Of a DNA stretch of 64,000 nt, positions 28,533-39,015 are shown piece after piece. The notes beneath the pieces are model-generated. The model made no database searches. It was not told the DNA's origin and was given only the letters and a program-made list of their open reading frames with translations. The position numbers and the translations under genes are program-made. Numbering within the stretch: position 1 is the stretch's first letter; each line of letters opens with the position of its first letter. Source of the DNA: an uncultured Planctomycetia bacterium (GTDB lineage Bacteria; Omnitrophota; Gorgyraeia; Duberdicusellales; 4484-171); contig CAZVQU010000001.1 of NCBI GenBank assembly GCA_964629655.1, positions 612,056 to 676,055 on the forward strand, read 5' to 3'.

Positions 28533-29873
28533 ATGGATAAGTGGATTAGAAAAGATCTAAAATACATTTGGCATCCTTACACTCAGGCTAAGGACTGTGA
28601 GAAGTTTCCTCCGATTCTAATTGAGAGAGCAAAGGGAATAAAACTCTATGATAACAAGGGAAATTGTTACTATGATACTATATCCAGCTGGTGGTGTAAT
28701 ATCCACGGCCATAACCACCCAAAGATAAACAAGGCTATTAGCACTCAGCTAAATTCCTTTGAACACGTCTTATTTGCCGGTTTCACCCATAAGCCGGCAA
28801 TTAAATTAGCCGAGCAATTGGTTGCAATTATCCCGAATAATTTAACTAAAGTCTTCTTCTCTGACAATGGCTCAACAGCAGTTGAAGTGGCATTGAAGAT
28901 GTCATTTCAATATTGGCAGAATATTGGAAAAAACAAAAAGACAAAATTCCTATCTTTAGATTCTGGTTATCATGGTGATACCATCGGAGCGATGAGCGTA
29001 AGCGGAGTGGATTTATTTAATAAGACCTTCTCACCTCTTTTCTTTAAGAGTTTTAAAGCTGCTTCGCCTTATTGCTATCGGTGTCCGGTAGGAAAAGATA
29101 AATCTACTTGTAGCATCGAGTGCATAAACTCCTTAGAAACTATACTAAGAAAAAGGAGCAAAGAAATTGCTGCTTTGATTTTAGAACCAATGGTTATGGC
29201 TGCCGGGGGTATGATTATTTATCCTGCCGAGTATCTTAACAAGGCTGCTGGATTAGCTAAGAAGTATAATATTCATTTAATTTTGGATGAAGTAGCCAGT
29301 GGTTTTGGACGGACCGGAAAGATGTTTGCCTGTGAGCATGCAAAGGTAAAGCCAGATTTTATCTGCCTTTCAAAAGGAATAACCTCAGGCTATCTTCCCT
29401 TTGCAGCAACCTTAACCACCAATAAAATCTACAATCTGTTTTATGGAGATTATGAAAAAAGAAAGACTTTCTATCATGGCCATACTTATACGGCTAATCC
29501 TATTTCCTGTGCAGCAGCTTTAGCCAGTTTGAAGGTATACAGTCAGGAGAATACTTTAAAAAAGATTAATAAGCTTATTCCCGAATTTCACAAAAGGCTG
29601 GAAGCTTTTAAAGGCCTGCCTTTAGTCGGTGATGTAAGATGTATAGGCATGGTCGGAGCAACAGAGCTGGTAAAGAATAAGAAGACAAAAGAACCTTTTG
29701 GCCTAAAAAATAGAATAGGATTAAAAGTTTACCAAAGAGGCTTGGAGCAGGGGCTTATTTTGCGTCCCCTAGGTAGTATTGTCTATTTTTTTCTACCCCT
29801 ATGTATAAAAAAGGGCCAGATCATTGAGGTCCTAGATAAGACCTACCGGATTATTAAGAGTTTAAGAAAATAG
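28533..29873 (+). CDS. bioA: Adenosylmethionine-8-amino-7-oxononanoate aminotransferase
   Basis: IWHPYTQ, SSWWCN, GYHGDT, DEVASGFGRTG, HGHTY. Confidence 0.95.
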   Translation: MDKWIRKDLKYIWHPYTQAKDCEKFPPILIERAKGIKLYDNKGNCYYDTISSWWCNIHGHNHPKINKAISTQLNSFEHVLFAGFTHKPAIKLAEQLVAIIPNNLTKVFFSDNGSTAVEVALKMSFQYWQNIGKNKKTKFLSLDSGYHGDTIGAMSVSGVDLFNKTFSPLFFKSFKAASPYCYRCPVGKDKSTCSIECINSLETILRKRSKEIAALILEPMVMAAGGMIIYPAEYLNKAAGLAKKYNIHLILDEVASGFGRTGKMFACEHAKVKPDFICLSKGITSGYLPFAATLTTNKIYNLFYGDYEKRKTFYHGHTYTANPISCAAALASLKVYSQENTLKKINKLIPEFHKRLEAFKGLPLVGDVRCIGMVGATELVKNKKTKEPFGLKNRIGLKVYQRGLEQGLILRPLGSIVYFFLPLCIKKGQIIEVLDKTYRIIKSLRK

Positions 29874-29874
29874 G

Positions 29875-29924
29875 TTGACAGAAGCTAGATTTTAGCTATA
29901 ATTGATTTTGAATTTCAATATCAA
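29875..29924 (+). promoter_or_regulatory. fur promoter with Fur-box-like palindrome
   Basis: TTGACA-N16-TATAAT followed by TTGATTTTGAATTTCAATATCAA (29902-29924). Confidence 0.7.
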
Positions 29925-29935
29925 TAGGAGGGAAT

Positions 29936-30385
29936 ATGTTAGAAGAAAGAACCATACTTATCTACTTTTTAAGGCAAAAGGGGTTAAAGCTTACCCGGCA
30001 GAGAGAAGAGATTCTAGAGGCTTTTCTTAATATCGAAGAGCACCTTAGCACCGAAGATCTTTACAAAGTTGCCAAACGTAAAAACCCCAGCATTGGCCAT
30101 GCCACAGTCTTTCGAACCTTAAAGCTTCTAATTGAGGCTGGTATAGCTAAGGAGGTATATTTAGGTGATAGGAGGGTACAGTTTGAACATGCACATGGGC
30201 ATCGGCACCATGATCATTTAGTCTGTCAATCTTGTTCAAAACTAATAGAGACTGCAGACTCTGAGATTGAGAGGCTGCAAGATGATCTATGTAAGAAATT
30301 TGATTTTACCCCGATGAGCCACAGGCTTCAGATATTTGGAGTATGCAAAGAGTGCAGGGGGAGGGGGAAAAGTAAGGGAGAATAA
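29936..30385 (+). CDS. fur: Ferric uptake regulator
   Basis: LTRQRE.IL, ATVFRTL, HHDHLVC..C, C-terminal CKEC. Confidence 0.92.
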   Translation: MLEERTILIYFLRQKGLKLTRQREEILEAFLNIEEHLSTEDLYKVAKRKNPSIGHATVFRTLKLLIEAGIAKEVYLGDRRVQFEHAHGHRHHDHLVCQSCSKLIETADSEIERLQDDLCKKFDFTPMSHRLQIFGVCKECRGRGKSKGE

Positions 30386-30407
30386 GGATATTTTTTTAAA
30401 GTATAAC

Positions 30408-30429
30408 TGAAATTGAATTTCAAAATCAA
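30408..30429. promoter_or_regulatory. Second Fur-box-like site, upstream of feoB
   Basis: TGAAATTGAATTTCAAAATCAA, 19/22 identical to 29903-29924. Confidence 0.7.
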
Positions 30430-30452
30430 GAAGGGGTAAGAGGTAAGGATTA

Positions 30453-32417
30453 ATGAGTCTAGCAAAAGTTGTCATTGTTGGTGCACCCAACGTAGGCAAA
30501 TCTTCAATTTTTAATAATTTGAGCGGCCGTTATGCTACGGTTTCAAATTACCCCGGGACTACGGTTGAGCTTTTCAAAGCAAATATAAATATAGGCAGTA
30601 GACAGTTTCAGTTGATAGATACTCCGGGAATGTATTCTTTTCTCCCTTTAAGCGAAGAAGAGAGAATCGCCAGGCTTATCTTGTTTAAAGATAACCCTGA
30701 GCTGGTTATTCATGTTGGGGCTGCAAAGGACCTGGAGAGAACTCTGCCTTTAACCTTACAGCTTATTGAGGCTGGTCTTCCGGTTATTTTAGTATTAAAT
30801 ATTATCGATGAGGCTAGCAAAGCCGGTATATCTATTGATATTGAGAAGTTAGAGAAAACCTTAGGAATCCCGGTTGTTGCTACAGTTTCGGTAAGGGGTG
30901 AGGGCATAAGAGAACTGAAGAAAAAAATAGAACAAGTTTTAAGCTCAAAGGAATCAGCATTACCCATAAAGAAAGAGCCGTTGGTCAAATACACTCCGCC
31001 TATCGAAGAAGCTATTAAAAGAATAAATCAAGAACTAGGGGGAAGCTATTCTCTAGATAAGAATATCTTAAGCTTGCTATTATTAGAGGGCGATAGAGAA
31101 ATTTATGAGCTAGTTAAGGAAAAGCAGGACCGAGAAAATTTAGAAGAGATAGAAAGGATAAGGAATCGGGCTAGGGAAAAGTCATCTCAACCGATAGAAT
31201 ATTCAATCAATCTGGCTTTGAGAAGAAGGACCGAGACGATTATCAGGAACGTAGTAAGAGAGAAGAAGAGAAAAACCAGGAATATCTCACGTGTTTTAGG
31301 AGAGCTAACCTTAAGGCCTGTTGTTGGAATACCTTTGCTGGGCTGCTTTCTTTATTTTGGTATATATAAATTAGTTGGAGAGTTCGGCGCCGGAGTCTGT
31401 GTAGATTTTTTGGAGACCAAGGTATTTGGAAACTATATTAATCCTTTTTTTGTCTCTATTTTTGATAAATTAATACCTTTTGAGTGGATTAAATCACTTT
31501 TTGTCGGAGAATACGGAATAATCACCCTAGGTATTCGTTATGCTATTGCTATTGTTCTTCCTATTGTCGGAATATTCTTTTTTGTGTTTAGTTTTGCTGA
31601 AGATACCGGTTATCTGCCGCGGGTAGGAGCTATGATGGATAGAATGTTTAAAAAAATTGGCTTAAGCGGAAGAGCTGTTATTCCTATCGTTTTAGGATTA
31701 GGCTGTGATACTATGGCTACGATGGTAACTCGAATTCTGCCGACTAAGCGAGAAAGAATAATTGCTACTCTCCTGCTCTCATTGAGTGTTCCTTGTTCGG
31801 CCCAGTTAGGGGTTATAATCGCTGTACTTTCAAAGCAACCCGGAGCATTAGCTCTATGGTTTTTAGTTATTCCAGCAGTATTTGCAACCACCGGGTTTTT
31901 TCTTAATAAGGTTTTAAAAGGAAAGCGCCCAACGTTTCATATTGAACTTCCTCCTTTGCGTATGCCTCGGATAAGCAATATTTTTACCAAGACCTACACT
32001 AGGTTAAAGTGGTATTTTCAAGAAGTATTGCCGATATTTATCTGGGCTAGCGTATTAATTTGGCTTGGTAAAATCACTAAAGTTTTTGATTTTATAATTT
32101 CAATGTTAGCTTATCCGGTAAGGCTCATCGGTTTGCCCTTAGAGATGGCTAAAATTTTCTTATTCGGCTTTTTCAGAAGAGACTACGGTGCTGCCGGACT
32201 TTATGACTTGGAAAAACAAGGGCTGCTTTCAGGCCGGGAAATAATCGTTGCCGCAGTAGTTCTAACTCTTTTTCTGCCTTGTATCGCCCAGTTCTTAATG
32301 AATATAAAGGAAAGGGGTATTAAATTTGCCATGGGTATAGCAGTCTTTATTTTATTTTTTTCTTTTTCAATAGGATTTATTTTAAATAAAATATTAGTAA
32401 TTTGGGGGGTGAATTGA
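30453..32417 (+). CDS. feoB: Ferrous iron transporter B
   Basis: GAPNVGKS, NYPGTTV, DTPG, EDTGYLPR, PCSAQL. Confidence 0.95.
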   Translation: MSLAKVVIVGAPNVGKSSIFNNLSGRYATVSNYPGTTVELFKANINIGSRQFQLIDTPGMYSFLPLSEEERIARLILFKDNPELVIHVGAAKDLERTLPLTLQLIEAGLPVILVLNIIDEASKAGISIDIEKLEKTLGIPVVATVSVRGEGIRELKKKIEQVLSSKESALPIKKEPLVKYTPPIEEAIKRINQELGGSYSLDKNILSLLLLEGDREIYELVKEKQDRENLEEIERIRNRAREKSSQPIEYSINLALRRRTETIIRNVVREKKRKTRNISRVLGELTLRPVVGIPLLGCFLYFGIYKLVGEFGAGVCVDFLETKVFGNYINPFFVSIFDKLIPFEWIKSLFVGEYGIITLGIRYAIAIVLPIVGIFFFVFSFAEDTGYLPRVGAMMDRMFKKIGLSGRAVIPIVLGLGCDTMATMVTRILPTKRERIIATLLLSLSVPCSAQLGVIIAVLSKQPGALALWFLVIPAVFATTGFFLNKVLKGKRPTFHIELPPLRMPRISNIFTKTYTRLKWYFQEVLPIFIWASVLIWLGKITKVFDFIISMLAYPVRLIGLPLEMAKIFLFGFFRRDYGAAGLYDLEKQGLLSGREIIVAAVVLTLFLPCIAQFLMNIKERGIKFAMGIAVFILFFSFSIGFILNKILVIWGVN

Positions 32418-32418
32418 A

Positions 32419-33066
32419 ATGCATAAATTATCAGATGCCGAGGAGGAGATATTAGAATCTCTATGGATTGAGATTGAAGAGAAGAAGGAAAGACCTAGTA
32501 CTCGGGTCTTAAAGGATGAGCCAGCCTTTAAGGAATTAGTAGAGAAGGGGTTAATTGACATAAATAAGAGTGACTTTTTCACTAAAGAAGGATTAAAAGA
32601 AGCCAGAGGCTGTGTCCGGCGGCATCGTTTAGCTGAAAGGCTTGTTGCTGATGTATTGGACGTAAGGGACCCTTTAATGCATGAGGCAAGCTGTAAGCTT
32701 GAGCACGGCTTGCACTATGGCTTAGAAGATAATGTTTGCACTCTTCTTGGACATCCTAAGGTTTGCCCTCATGGTAAAAGCATACCGGCTGGAGCTTGCT
32801 GCCGGAGTTTTGAAAAGATTCCCAAGAGATTAATTGTTACCTTGCACAATATGGCTGCCGGCGATAGCGGTAAGATAAGCTATATAAATACTCACGATAG
32901 TGAAATCTTAAAAAAGCTAATCTCAATGGGCATTCTCCCCGGAAATAAGATAAAATTACTTCACCGTTTTCCGTCATTTGTATTTGAAATGGATAACTCC
33001 TCTTTTGCTGTTGATAAAGATTTAGCTGAGAATATTCATGTTCTTCTATTAAAAGGGGAAAAATAA
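32419..33066 (+). CDS. DtxR/MntR-like metal-binding domain fused to FeoA
   Basis: RRHRLAERL, EASCKLEH, HPKVCPHG, C-terminal KLISMGILPG FeoA motif. Confidence 0.85.
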   Translation: MHKLSDAEEEILESLWIEIEEKKERPSTRVLKDEPAFKELVEKGLIDINKSDFFTKEGLKEARGCVRRHRLAERLVADVLDVRDPLMHEASCKLEHGLHYGLEDNVCTLLGHPKVCPHGKSIPAGACCRSFEKIPKRLIVTLHNMAAGDSGKISYINTHDSEILKKLISMGILPGNKIKLLHRFPSFVFEMDNSSFAVDKDLAENIHVLLLKGEK

Positions 33067-33083
33067 GTAAAGAGGAGGGTTTT

Positions 33084-33482
33084 ATGAACCAGAAGGTAGA
33101 GGTAAAATTCTTAAGCAAAGATAAATTTGAAGTTAGAGCAGTATCTTCAGCAACTACAATCTATGTTGATAAAAAAGAGCCTGATAGTATTCCCTCCGGG
33201 CCAAATCCTTTAGAACTTTTTCTCTCATCGTTGGCTTCCTGCACTGGAGTTTTTGCTAAAAAGTACTTAGAACGCCACAATTTAGAGTTTAAAGAGTTAA
33301 GAGTAGAGGCCCAAGCAGAGTTTACCACGCAGGCTCCGATGAGATTAACTAAGATAAAGGCCAAGGTTCATACTGACGCCGATTTAGGAGATAAGAGAGA
33401 AGTTTTTCTAAGATTCATCGAGGGCTGCCCGATTCACAATACCGTTCTTTACACTAGCAAGATAGATATCGAATTAAGCTAG
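33084..33482 (+). CDS. OsmC-family protein
   Basis: GPNPLELFLSSLASC ... CPIHNTV. Confidence 0.88.
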   Translation: MNQKVEVKFLSKDKFEVRAVSSATTIYVDKKEPDSIPSGPNPLELFLSSLASCTGVFAKKYLERHNLEFKELRVEAQAEFTTQAPMRLTKIKAKVHTDADLGDKREVFLRFIEGCPIHNTVLYTSKIDIELS

Positions 33483-34331
33483 CAGAGTTGAGCCGTCACA
33501 ATTAGCAGTATTTAAACTATTAAATCCTTCCCGGCAGCTAGAGAATTTTAACTTCTCGCTAAGGGCGATTTCTCTTACCTTATTTATTAAATCTTTCCTT
33601 AAAGTTTGCGGCAGATAAGTATAGCCACCAATTTTTTCTCCTTGCTTAAGATAAAGCTTCTGCCATAATTCTTTATATTCGGGGAAAGCAACAACCATTC
33701 TTTTAAAGTTATCAGGCTTTACCTTATAAGTAGAGGCAATGACTTGTTTTGCTCCTGCTATTTTGATTTTTCTTATTGAGTCTTTAATTTCTTCGGTATT
33801 TAAGGGGTAAATTAAAGGATCAAGCCGAACAGCTACCGGTAGATATGAAGCGAGCTCCCTAACTGCTTTTAATCTTTCTTGAGGGGAGCAAGAGCGAGGT
33901 TCTAATTTTCTTGCTAATTCTTTATCTAGGGTAGTAAGGGAAATACTGGCTACTATTTTTTTAAAACTTTTTAATATATCTAAATCCCTTAAGATCAGAG
34001 AGGACTTTGTGACAATATTTATGCTCAGATCATGTTTTCCCATTATCTTTAAAGCAGCTCGAGTTAAGCCTAGCTCTTCCTCGAGGGGAAGATAAGGGTC
34101 AGAAGAGTTAGCCATGGCGATGAGAGAATCTTTAGGGATTTTATCGATTTCCTTCTCCAGCCTTTTTAAAAAGTCTTTTTTCTCGCGTGGTTGGTAAAAG
34201 TCTCTTATATATGATGAAGCATAGCAGTAGAGGCAATTGTGAGAACAACCAGTATAGGCTGATAAGCTATATTTAGCCGGGCAGGTACATAGATTGCCTT
34301 TCCAAGGGTCAAATCTGGTAATTAAGCTCAT
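33474..34331 (-). CDS. Radical SAM protein, SplB/COG1533-like
   Basis: DPWKGNLCTC, YTGCSHNCLYCY, SSDPY, TKS. Confidence 0.82.
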   Translation of the reverse strand: MSLITRFDPWKGNLCTCPAKYSLSAYTGCSHNCLYCYASSYIRDFYQPREKKDFLKRLEKEIDKIPKDSLIAMANSSDPYLPLEEELGLTRAALKIMGKHDLSINIVTKSSLILRDLDILKSFKKIVASISLTTLDKELARKLEPRSCSPQERLKAVRELASYLPVAVRLDPLIYPLNTEEIKDSIRKIKIAGAKQVIASTYKVKPDNFKRMVVAFPEYKELWQKLYLKQGEKIGGYTYLPQTLRKDLINKVREIALSEKLKFSSCREGFNSLNTANCDGSTLLA

Positions 34332-34341
34332 ATCTTATCTT

Positions 34342-34369
34342 ATTTTAGGTAAACAGAAGGGCAAGTCAA
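34342..34369 (-). promoter_or_regulatory. sigma70 promoter
   Basis: Minus strand TTGACT-N16-TAAAAT, 10 nt before the ATG. Confidence 0.55.
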
Positions 34370-34426
34370 TGATTTCCTAGAATTTGAATTTTGTGCTATA
34401 ATTAGGCAAAGAAAAGGAGGTGGGTT

Positions 34427-34786
34427 GTGATAGCTAAGATCATTGGAACCATTTGGGTTATCTGGGGTATTTTAATTCTTGTTAAACCGGAAATTTTACA
34501 GAAGAAGTTGCAGACAAAAGGGCTCAAAAAGCTAAAAAAGAACCTATTTTTACTGACATTATTTCTTTCAATCACTTTGATTATAGCCTCTTTTAAGGCC
34601 GAGGGTTTATTGCCCAAGGTATTGCTAGTTTTGGGTATTATAGGTATATTTAAGGCTTTCATTTTTCTTAAATCTAAAGCTTCTGATAAGCTGATAGCCT
34701 TCTCAAGCAACCTTTCTTTAACTGTTTATCGCCTCGCAGGGGCAGTTTATATTGCTATTGGCTTTAGTATAATGAAATTTCTCTAA
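34427..34786 (+). CDS. Small 4-TM membrane protein
   Basis: SD GGAGGT, GTG start, four hydrophobic segments. Confidence 0.7.
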   Translation: MIAKIIGTIWVIWGILILVKPEILQKKLQTKGLKKLKKNLFLLTLFLSITLIIASFKAEGLLPKVLLVLGIIGIFKAFIFLKSKASDKLIAFSSNLSLTVYRLAGAVYIAIGFSIMKFL

Positions 34787-34868
34787 AATTTCACTATCCA
34801 GATTTAGCCTTTTTATCTAAAGCTATTTGTGGTATCATAAAATTTACCTAAAATAGGTATTTTAGCGT

Positions 34869-36485
34869 ATGAGTAGCAAATATTCTTTTAAATCTGTGAT
34901 TTTCGACCTCGACGGCGTGATTACCAAGACTGCCCTTGTTCATGCAGCAGCCTGGAAAGAGGCTTTTGATCAGTATTTACGCTTAAGAGAGTCAAGAGAC
35001 AAAGAGCCTTTCGCTGAGTTTACTCACCAAGATGACTATCTTCCCTATGTTGATGGAAAACCTCGCTACAAAGGGGTAAAGAGCTTTCTAGAGTCAAGAA
35101 ACATCAATATTCCTTATGGTGAGCCAACTGATTCTCCGGATGCCGAGACTATTTGCGGCATAGGGAATAATAAGAATGCAAAGTTTTGTCAGGTCTTAAA
35201 AGCTAAGGGAGTTGAGGTTTATCCTTCAACTATTGAATTAATCAAAGAATTAGAGGCTTCAGGGGTAAAAATAGGAGTAGCTTCTTCTTCAAAAAACTGC
35301 AAAGAGATTTTAGAAGTTGCTGAAATTGAAAATTTCTTCAAAACAAGAGTAGATGGTGTAGTCTCAGTACAACTGGGCCTTAAGGGAAAACCCGAAGGAG
35401 ATATCTTTACAACAGCAGCTTTTAATCTTGGAACTATACCAGCTGAGTCGATAGTTGTTGAAGACGCGTCTTCAGGGGTAGCAGCCGGGCGTAATGGCGG
35501 GTTTGGCTTAGTCATCGGTCTAGCTAGAGAGAAGAATCAGAAAGAATTACTCGAGAATGGAGCCGATTTAGTAGTTACTGACCTATCAGAGATAAACTTA
35601 GAGTTAATCGAGCAGTGGTTTCATAAGAAGCCGAGAGATTTACTCCAAAATTGGGACAAGCAGAGTGAGAGAATAGAGTCTTTAGAGGGCAAAGAGAAAG
35701 AAACCGGAGCAATTATTAACCCTTCTTATCTGGGTAGCGGAAAATCTTACCTCTTTAGCGGAAAAAAAATAGTTTTCTTCCTGGATTATGATGGAACTCT
35801 AACACCGATAGTTTCCCGTCCCGAGCTAGCAGTGATTTCTAGCCAGATGCAGGATATGATAAAGAAATTATCCCAAAAATATACTACTGCGATTGTAAGC
35901 GGGAGAATGAGAGAGGATGTTGAGAAGCTTGTCGGTATTCAAGGATTAATCTATGCCGGAAGCCACGGCTTTGATATCAAGGGTCCACAAGTTACGATGG
36001 TGCAGCCACAGGCTAAAGAAACTATACCGTTAGTTTCTAAGATAATTGAAAGGTTAAAAAAAGAATTATCTAATCTTGAGGGCTTGATAATAGAGGAGAA
36101 GAAATTTAGCGTAGCTGTGCATTATCGTCTGGTCGAGAGAGAAGAAATCCCGGCAATAAAGACTTTAGTTGGCGGGTTGATCCAAGAGAATAAGTCTTTA
36201 CGTTTGATGAAGGGGAAAAAAGTCTTTGAGATCCTTCCAGCTATAGATTGGAATAAAGGTAAGGCTGTAAAGTGGGTAATGAATGCCTTAGGGATTAACT
36301 GGGAAGATTTTTCTGTAATTTATATAGGAGATGACACAACCGACGAGGATGCTTTCAGAGTAGTTGCTACTCGCGGAATGAGTATTTTGGTTTCGGATAA
36401 ACCCAAAGCTTCGGCGGCTGATTTTGTGTTGTCTTCGCCAAAACAAGTAAAGGAATTATTTGAAAGAGTCCTCACAACTACTTAA
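34869..36485 (+). CDS. otsB: Beta-phosphoglucomutase-like HAD domain fused to trehalose-6-phosphate phosphatase
   Basis: N-domain FDLDGV..VDGKPRY..GKP; C-domain FLDYDGTL, SGR, AGSHG, VHYR, NKG, GDDTTDEDAF. Confidence 0.88.
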   Translation: MSSKYSFKSVIFDLDGVITKTALVHAAAWKEAFDQYLRLRESRDKEPFAEFTHQDDYLPYVDGKPRYKGVKSFLESRNINIPYGEPTDSPDAETICGIGNNKNAKFCQVLKAKGVEVYPSTIELIKELEASGVKIGVASSSKNCKEILEVAEIENFFKTRVDGVVSVQLGLKGKPEGDIFTTAAFNLGTIPAESIVVEDASSGVAAGRNGGFGLVIGLAREKNQKELLENGADLVVTDLSEINLELIEQWFHKKPRDLLQNWDKQSERIESLEGKEKETGAIINPSYLGSGKSYLFSGKKIVFFLDYDGTLTPIVSRPELAVISSQMQDMIKKLSQKYTTAIVSGRMREDVEKLVGIQGLIYAGSHGFDIKGPQVTMVQPQAKETIPLVSKIIERLKKELSNLEGLIIEEKKFSVAVHYRLVEREEIPAIKTLVGGLIQENKSLRLMKGKKVFEILPAIDWNKGKAVKWVMNALGINWEDFSVIYIGDDTTDEDAFRVVATRGMSILVSDKPKASAADFVLSSPKQVKELFERVLTTT

Positions 36486-38913
36486 AAGTACTAATATCGA
36501 AACTTCACCTCCTTGGGCAATAGTCTATGAGAGGTTTGAGCCGGCCGAGGAAGCTTTAAGGGAAGCGCTCTGCACATTAGGTAATGGTTACTTTGCAACC
36601 CGAGGCGCTGTCTCTGAATCAGTAGCTTCCAAGATCCACTATCCGGGAACCTATATTGCTGGGCTCTACAATCGCCTGGCAACTCACATAGCCGGCAGGA
36701 CAGTTGTTAACGAAGATATGGTGAATTGTCCTAATTGGATCTTTTTAACCTTTAAGATCGGCGATAGTGAGTGGTTTTATCCTTCAATGACCAGAATACT
36801 CTCCTTTAAGCAGAAACTTGATATGCGAAAAGGCATATTAAGTAGAAAAATCCGTTTTCAGAATCGAAAAGGGCATAAGACTTTTGTTGAGATGAATAGG
36901 ATTGTGCATATGGATAATCCTCATTGCGGGGCTTTTGAATATATTATTATTCCTGAAAATTACAATGAGTGGATTACTGTGAGGACAATGCTCGATGGCA
37001 CTGTACTTAATACCGGTGTAGAGAGGTATCGTCAGCTTAACTCTAAGCATTGGAAAGCTTCCTCTTTGGGTAGCTTTGAGAGAAACGGAATATTTCTTTC
37101 AATGAAAACTAGCCGCTCAAAGATTGAAGTTGCCGAGGCTGCCAAGACTCGGGTTTTTGCTTCTGAGAGAGAGATAAAGCCTGGTATCCGGCATCTTATG
37201 AAAGGTAAAGAGAGAATTGGTCAAGAGTTTAAATTTTTTGCCCGAGCAAGATCATCCTATCGAATTGAGAAAATAGTTTCAATTTATACCTCTAAGGATG
37301 AAGATGCCAGCGATCCGGTTTCAAGCTCAATTGCCTCTCTAAGGAAGCCACAGCGTTTTAAAAAACTACTTAAGACTCATCAGAAGAGGTGGGAGGAACT
37401 TTGGAAGAAGTTTGACATAAAAATCGAAGGCCATACCTTTTCACAGCGGATACTACGTTTTCATATCTTTCATCTCCTTCAAACTGCTTCTTTGCACAAT
37501 GTGAAGATTGACGCCGGCCTTCCGGCTCGAGGTTTGCATGGTGAAGCTTATCGTGGGCACATATTCTGGGATGAAATTTTTGCCATGCATTTGTATGATT
37601 TACACCTCCCTGATATTACCAAGGCCCTACTTCTTTATCGCTATAGGCGTCTTCCTAAAGCTAGAGAATATGCCAAGGAAGAAGGCTATAAGGGTGCGAT
37701 GTTTCCTTGGCAGAGTGGTTCTTCAGGCAAGGAAGAGACCCAAACAGTTCACTTAAACCCTCTTTCCGGTGAGTGGGGTCCTGACTATAGCCATCGCCAG
37801 AGGCATATTTCTTTTGCTATTTGCTACAATACTTGGCAGCATTGGAAGAGAACCGGTGATTTCGGCTTTTTAGTCCGTTATGGAGCTGAGATGATTCTTT
37901 CGATTGCCCGTTTTTGGGGAAGCTTGGTAAGGTACGACTCAAGTGAGGGAAGGTATTACACCAAGGGCGTTATGGGTCCGGATGAGTTTCATGAAAAGCT
38001 TCCCGGTTCATCGAGGCCAGGGTTAAAAGATAATGCTTATACTAATTTTATGGTTACTTGGACCTTGCTTAAAGCCCAAGAAGTTATTCGTCTTTTGCCC
38101 GAAGGCGGTAAGAGGCGGATTATGAAGAAGCTAAAGTTGGAGCAGAAAGAGCTTGCACGATGGGATAGGATTGCACATAAGATGAAGATAATAATAAACG
38201 ATAAAGGTATTATAAGCCAATTTGACGGTTATTTTGATTTAAAAGAATTAGATTGGCAGGGTTACAAGAGTGAATATGAGAATATCCAGAGGCTGGATAG
38301 GATTCTAAAGGCTGAAGGTGAATCACCGGATGCTTACAAGGTTTCAAAGCAGGCTGATCTACTAATGATATTTTACCTTCTGCCTCTTTTTGAGATAGAA
38401 GCTATTTTTAAAAGATTAGGTTATAATCTTGACAAAGATACTCTAAGAAAGAATTATAATTATTATGTCAGAAGAACTTCTCATGGCTCAACGATGAGCA
38501 AGGTTACTCATTGTTTTATTGCTCAAGCTTTAGGTAAGCCGAAAAGAGCCTGGGAGGGATTTCTGGATGTTCTTGAGTCAGACATTTATGATACCCAAGG
38601 TGGGACCACGCCTGAGGGCATTCATGTCGGAGTTATGGGTGGTTCTATTGATGTAGTCATAAGGGGTTTTGCCGGGGTGCGTATTGCTGAGGATAGAATT
38701 ATTGTTGAACCCAGGCTGCCCTTGAAGTGGCGTAGCATGAAATTCGGGTTTGTCTATAAAGGAATATGGATCTCGTTAATAATTACTAAACGCCAGGTAT
38801 CAGTCTTGGTCCAAGGCCAAATTACTATCCCGATAGAAATCAATGGTAAGGCCTATTATCCTCTCCTAGATAAGGTTTTAAAGGTTCCTTTCCGGAGAAA
38901 ACGCGTCAAATAA
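36460..38913 (+). CDS. GH65 glycoside phosphorylase (trehalose-6-phosphate phosphorylase-like)
   Basis: LGNGYFATRG, ARGLHGEAYRGHIFWDE, GPDEFHE, KQAD, HGSTMS, EGIHVG. Confidence 0.9.
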   Translation: MKESSQLLKSTNIETSPPWAIVYERFEPAEEALREALCTLGNGYFATRGAVSESVASKIHYPGTYIAGLYNRLATHIAGRTVVNEDMVNCPNWIFLTFKIGDSEWFYPSMTRILSFKQKLDMRKGILSRKIRFQNRKGHKTFVEMNRIVHMDNPHCGAFEYIIIPENYNEWITVRTMLDGTVLNTGVERYRQLNSKHWKASSLGSFERNGIFLSMKTSRSKIEVAEAAKTRVFASEREIKPGIRHLMKGKERIGQEFKFFARARSSYRIEKIVSIYTSKDEDASDPVSSSIASLRKPQRFKKLLKTHQKRWEELWKKFDIKIEGHTFSQRILRFHIFHLLQTASLHNVKIDAGLPARGLHGEAYRGHIFWDEIFAMHLYDLHLPDITKALLLYRYRRLPKAREYAKEEGYKGAMFPWQSGSSGKEETQTVHLNPLSGEWGPDYSHRQRHISFAICYNTWQHWKRTGDFGFLVRYGAEMILSIARFWGSLVRYDSSEGRYYTKGVMGPDEFHEKLPGSSRPGLKDNAYTNFMVTWTLLKAQEVIRLLPEGGKRRIMKKLKLEQKELARWDRIAHKMKIIINDKGIISQFDGYFDLKELDWQGYKSEYENIQRLDRILKAEGESPDAYKVSKQADLLMIFYLLPLFEIEAIFKRLGYNLDKDTLRKNYNYYVRRTSHGSTMSKVTHCFIAQALGKPKRAWEGFLDVLESDIYDTQGGTTPEGIHVGVMGGSIDVVIRGFAGVRIAEDRIIVEPRLPLKWRSMKFGFVYKGIWISLIITKRQVSVLVQGQITIPIEINGKAYYPLLDKVLKVPFRRKRVK

Positions 38914-39015
38914 TCCTTTTTTAACTATTTTTTTCGCTTTTGGAAGATTTTTCTTTATGCTATAATAAGGCTTCAAAATTCTATATAGGTATATTATATA
39001 AAAGATAGGTTAAGA

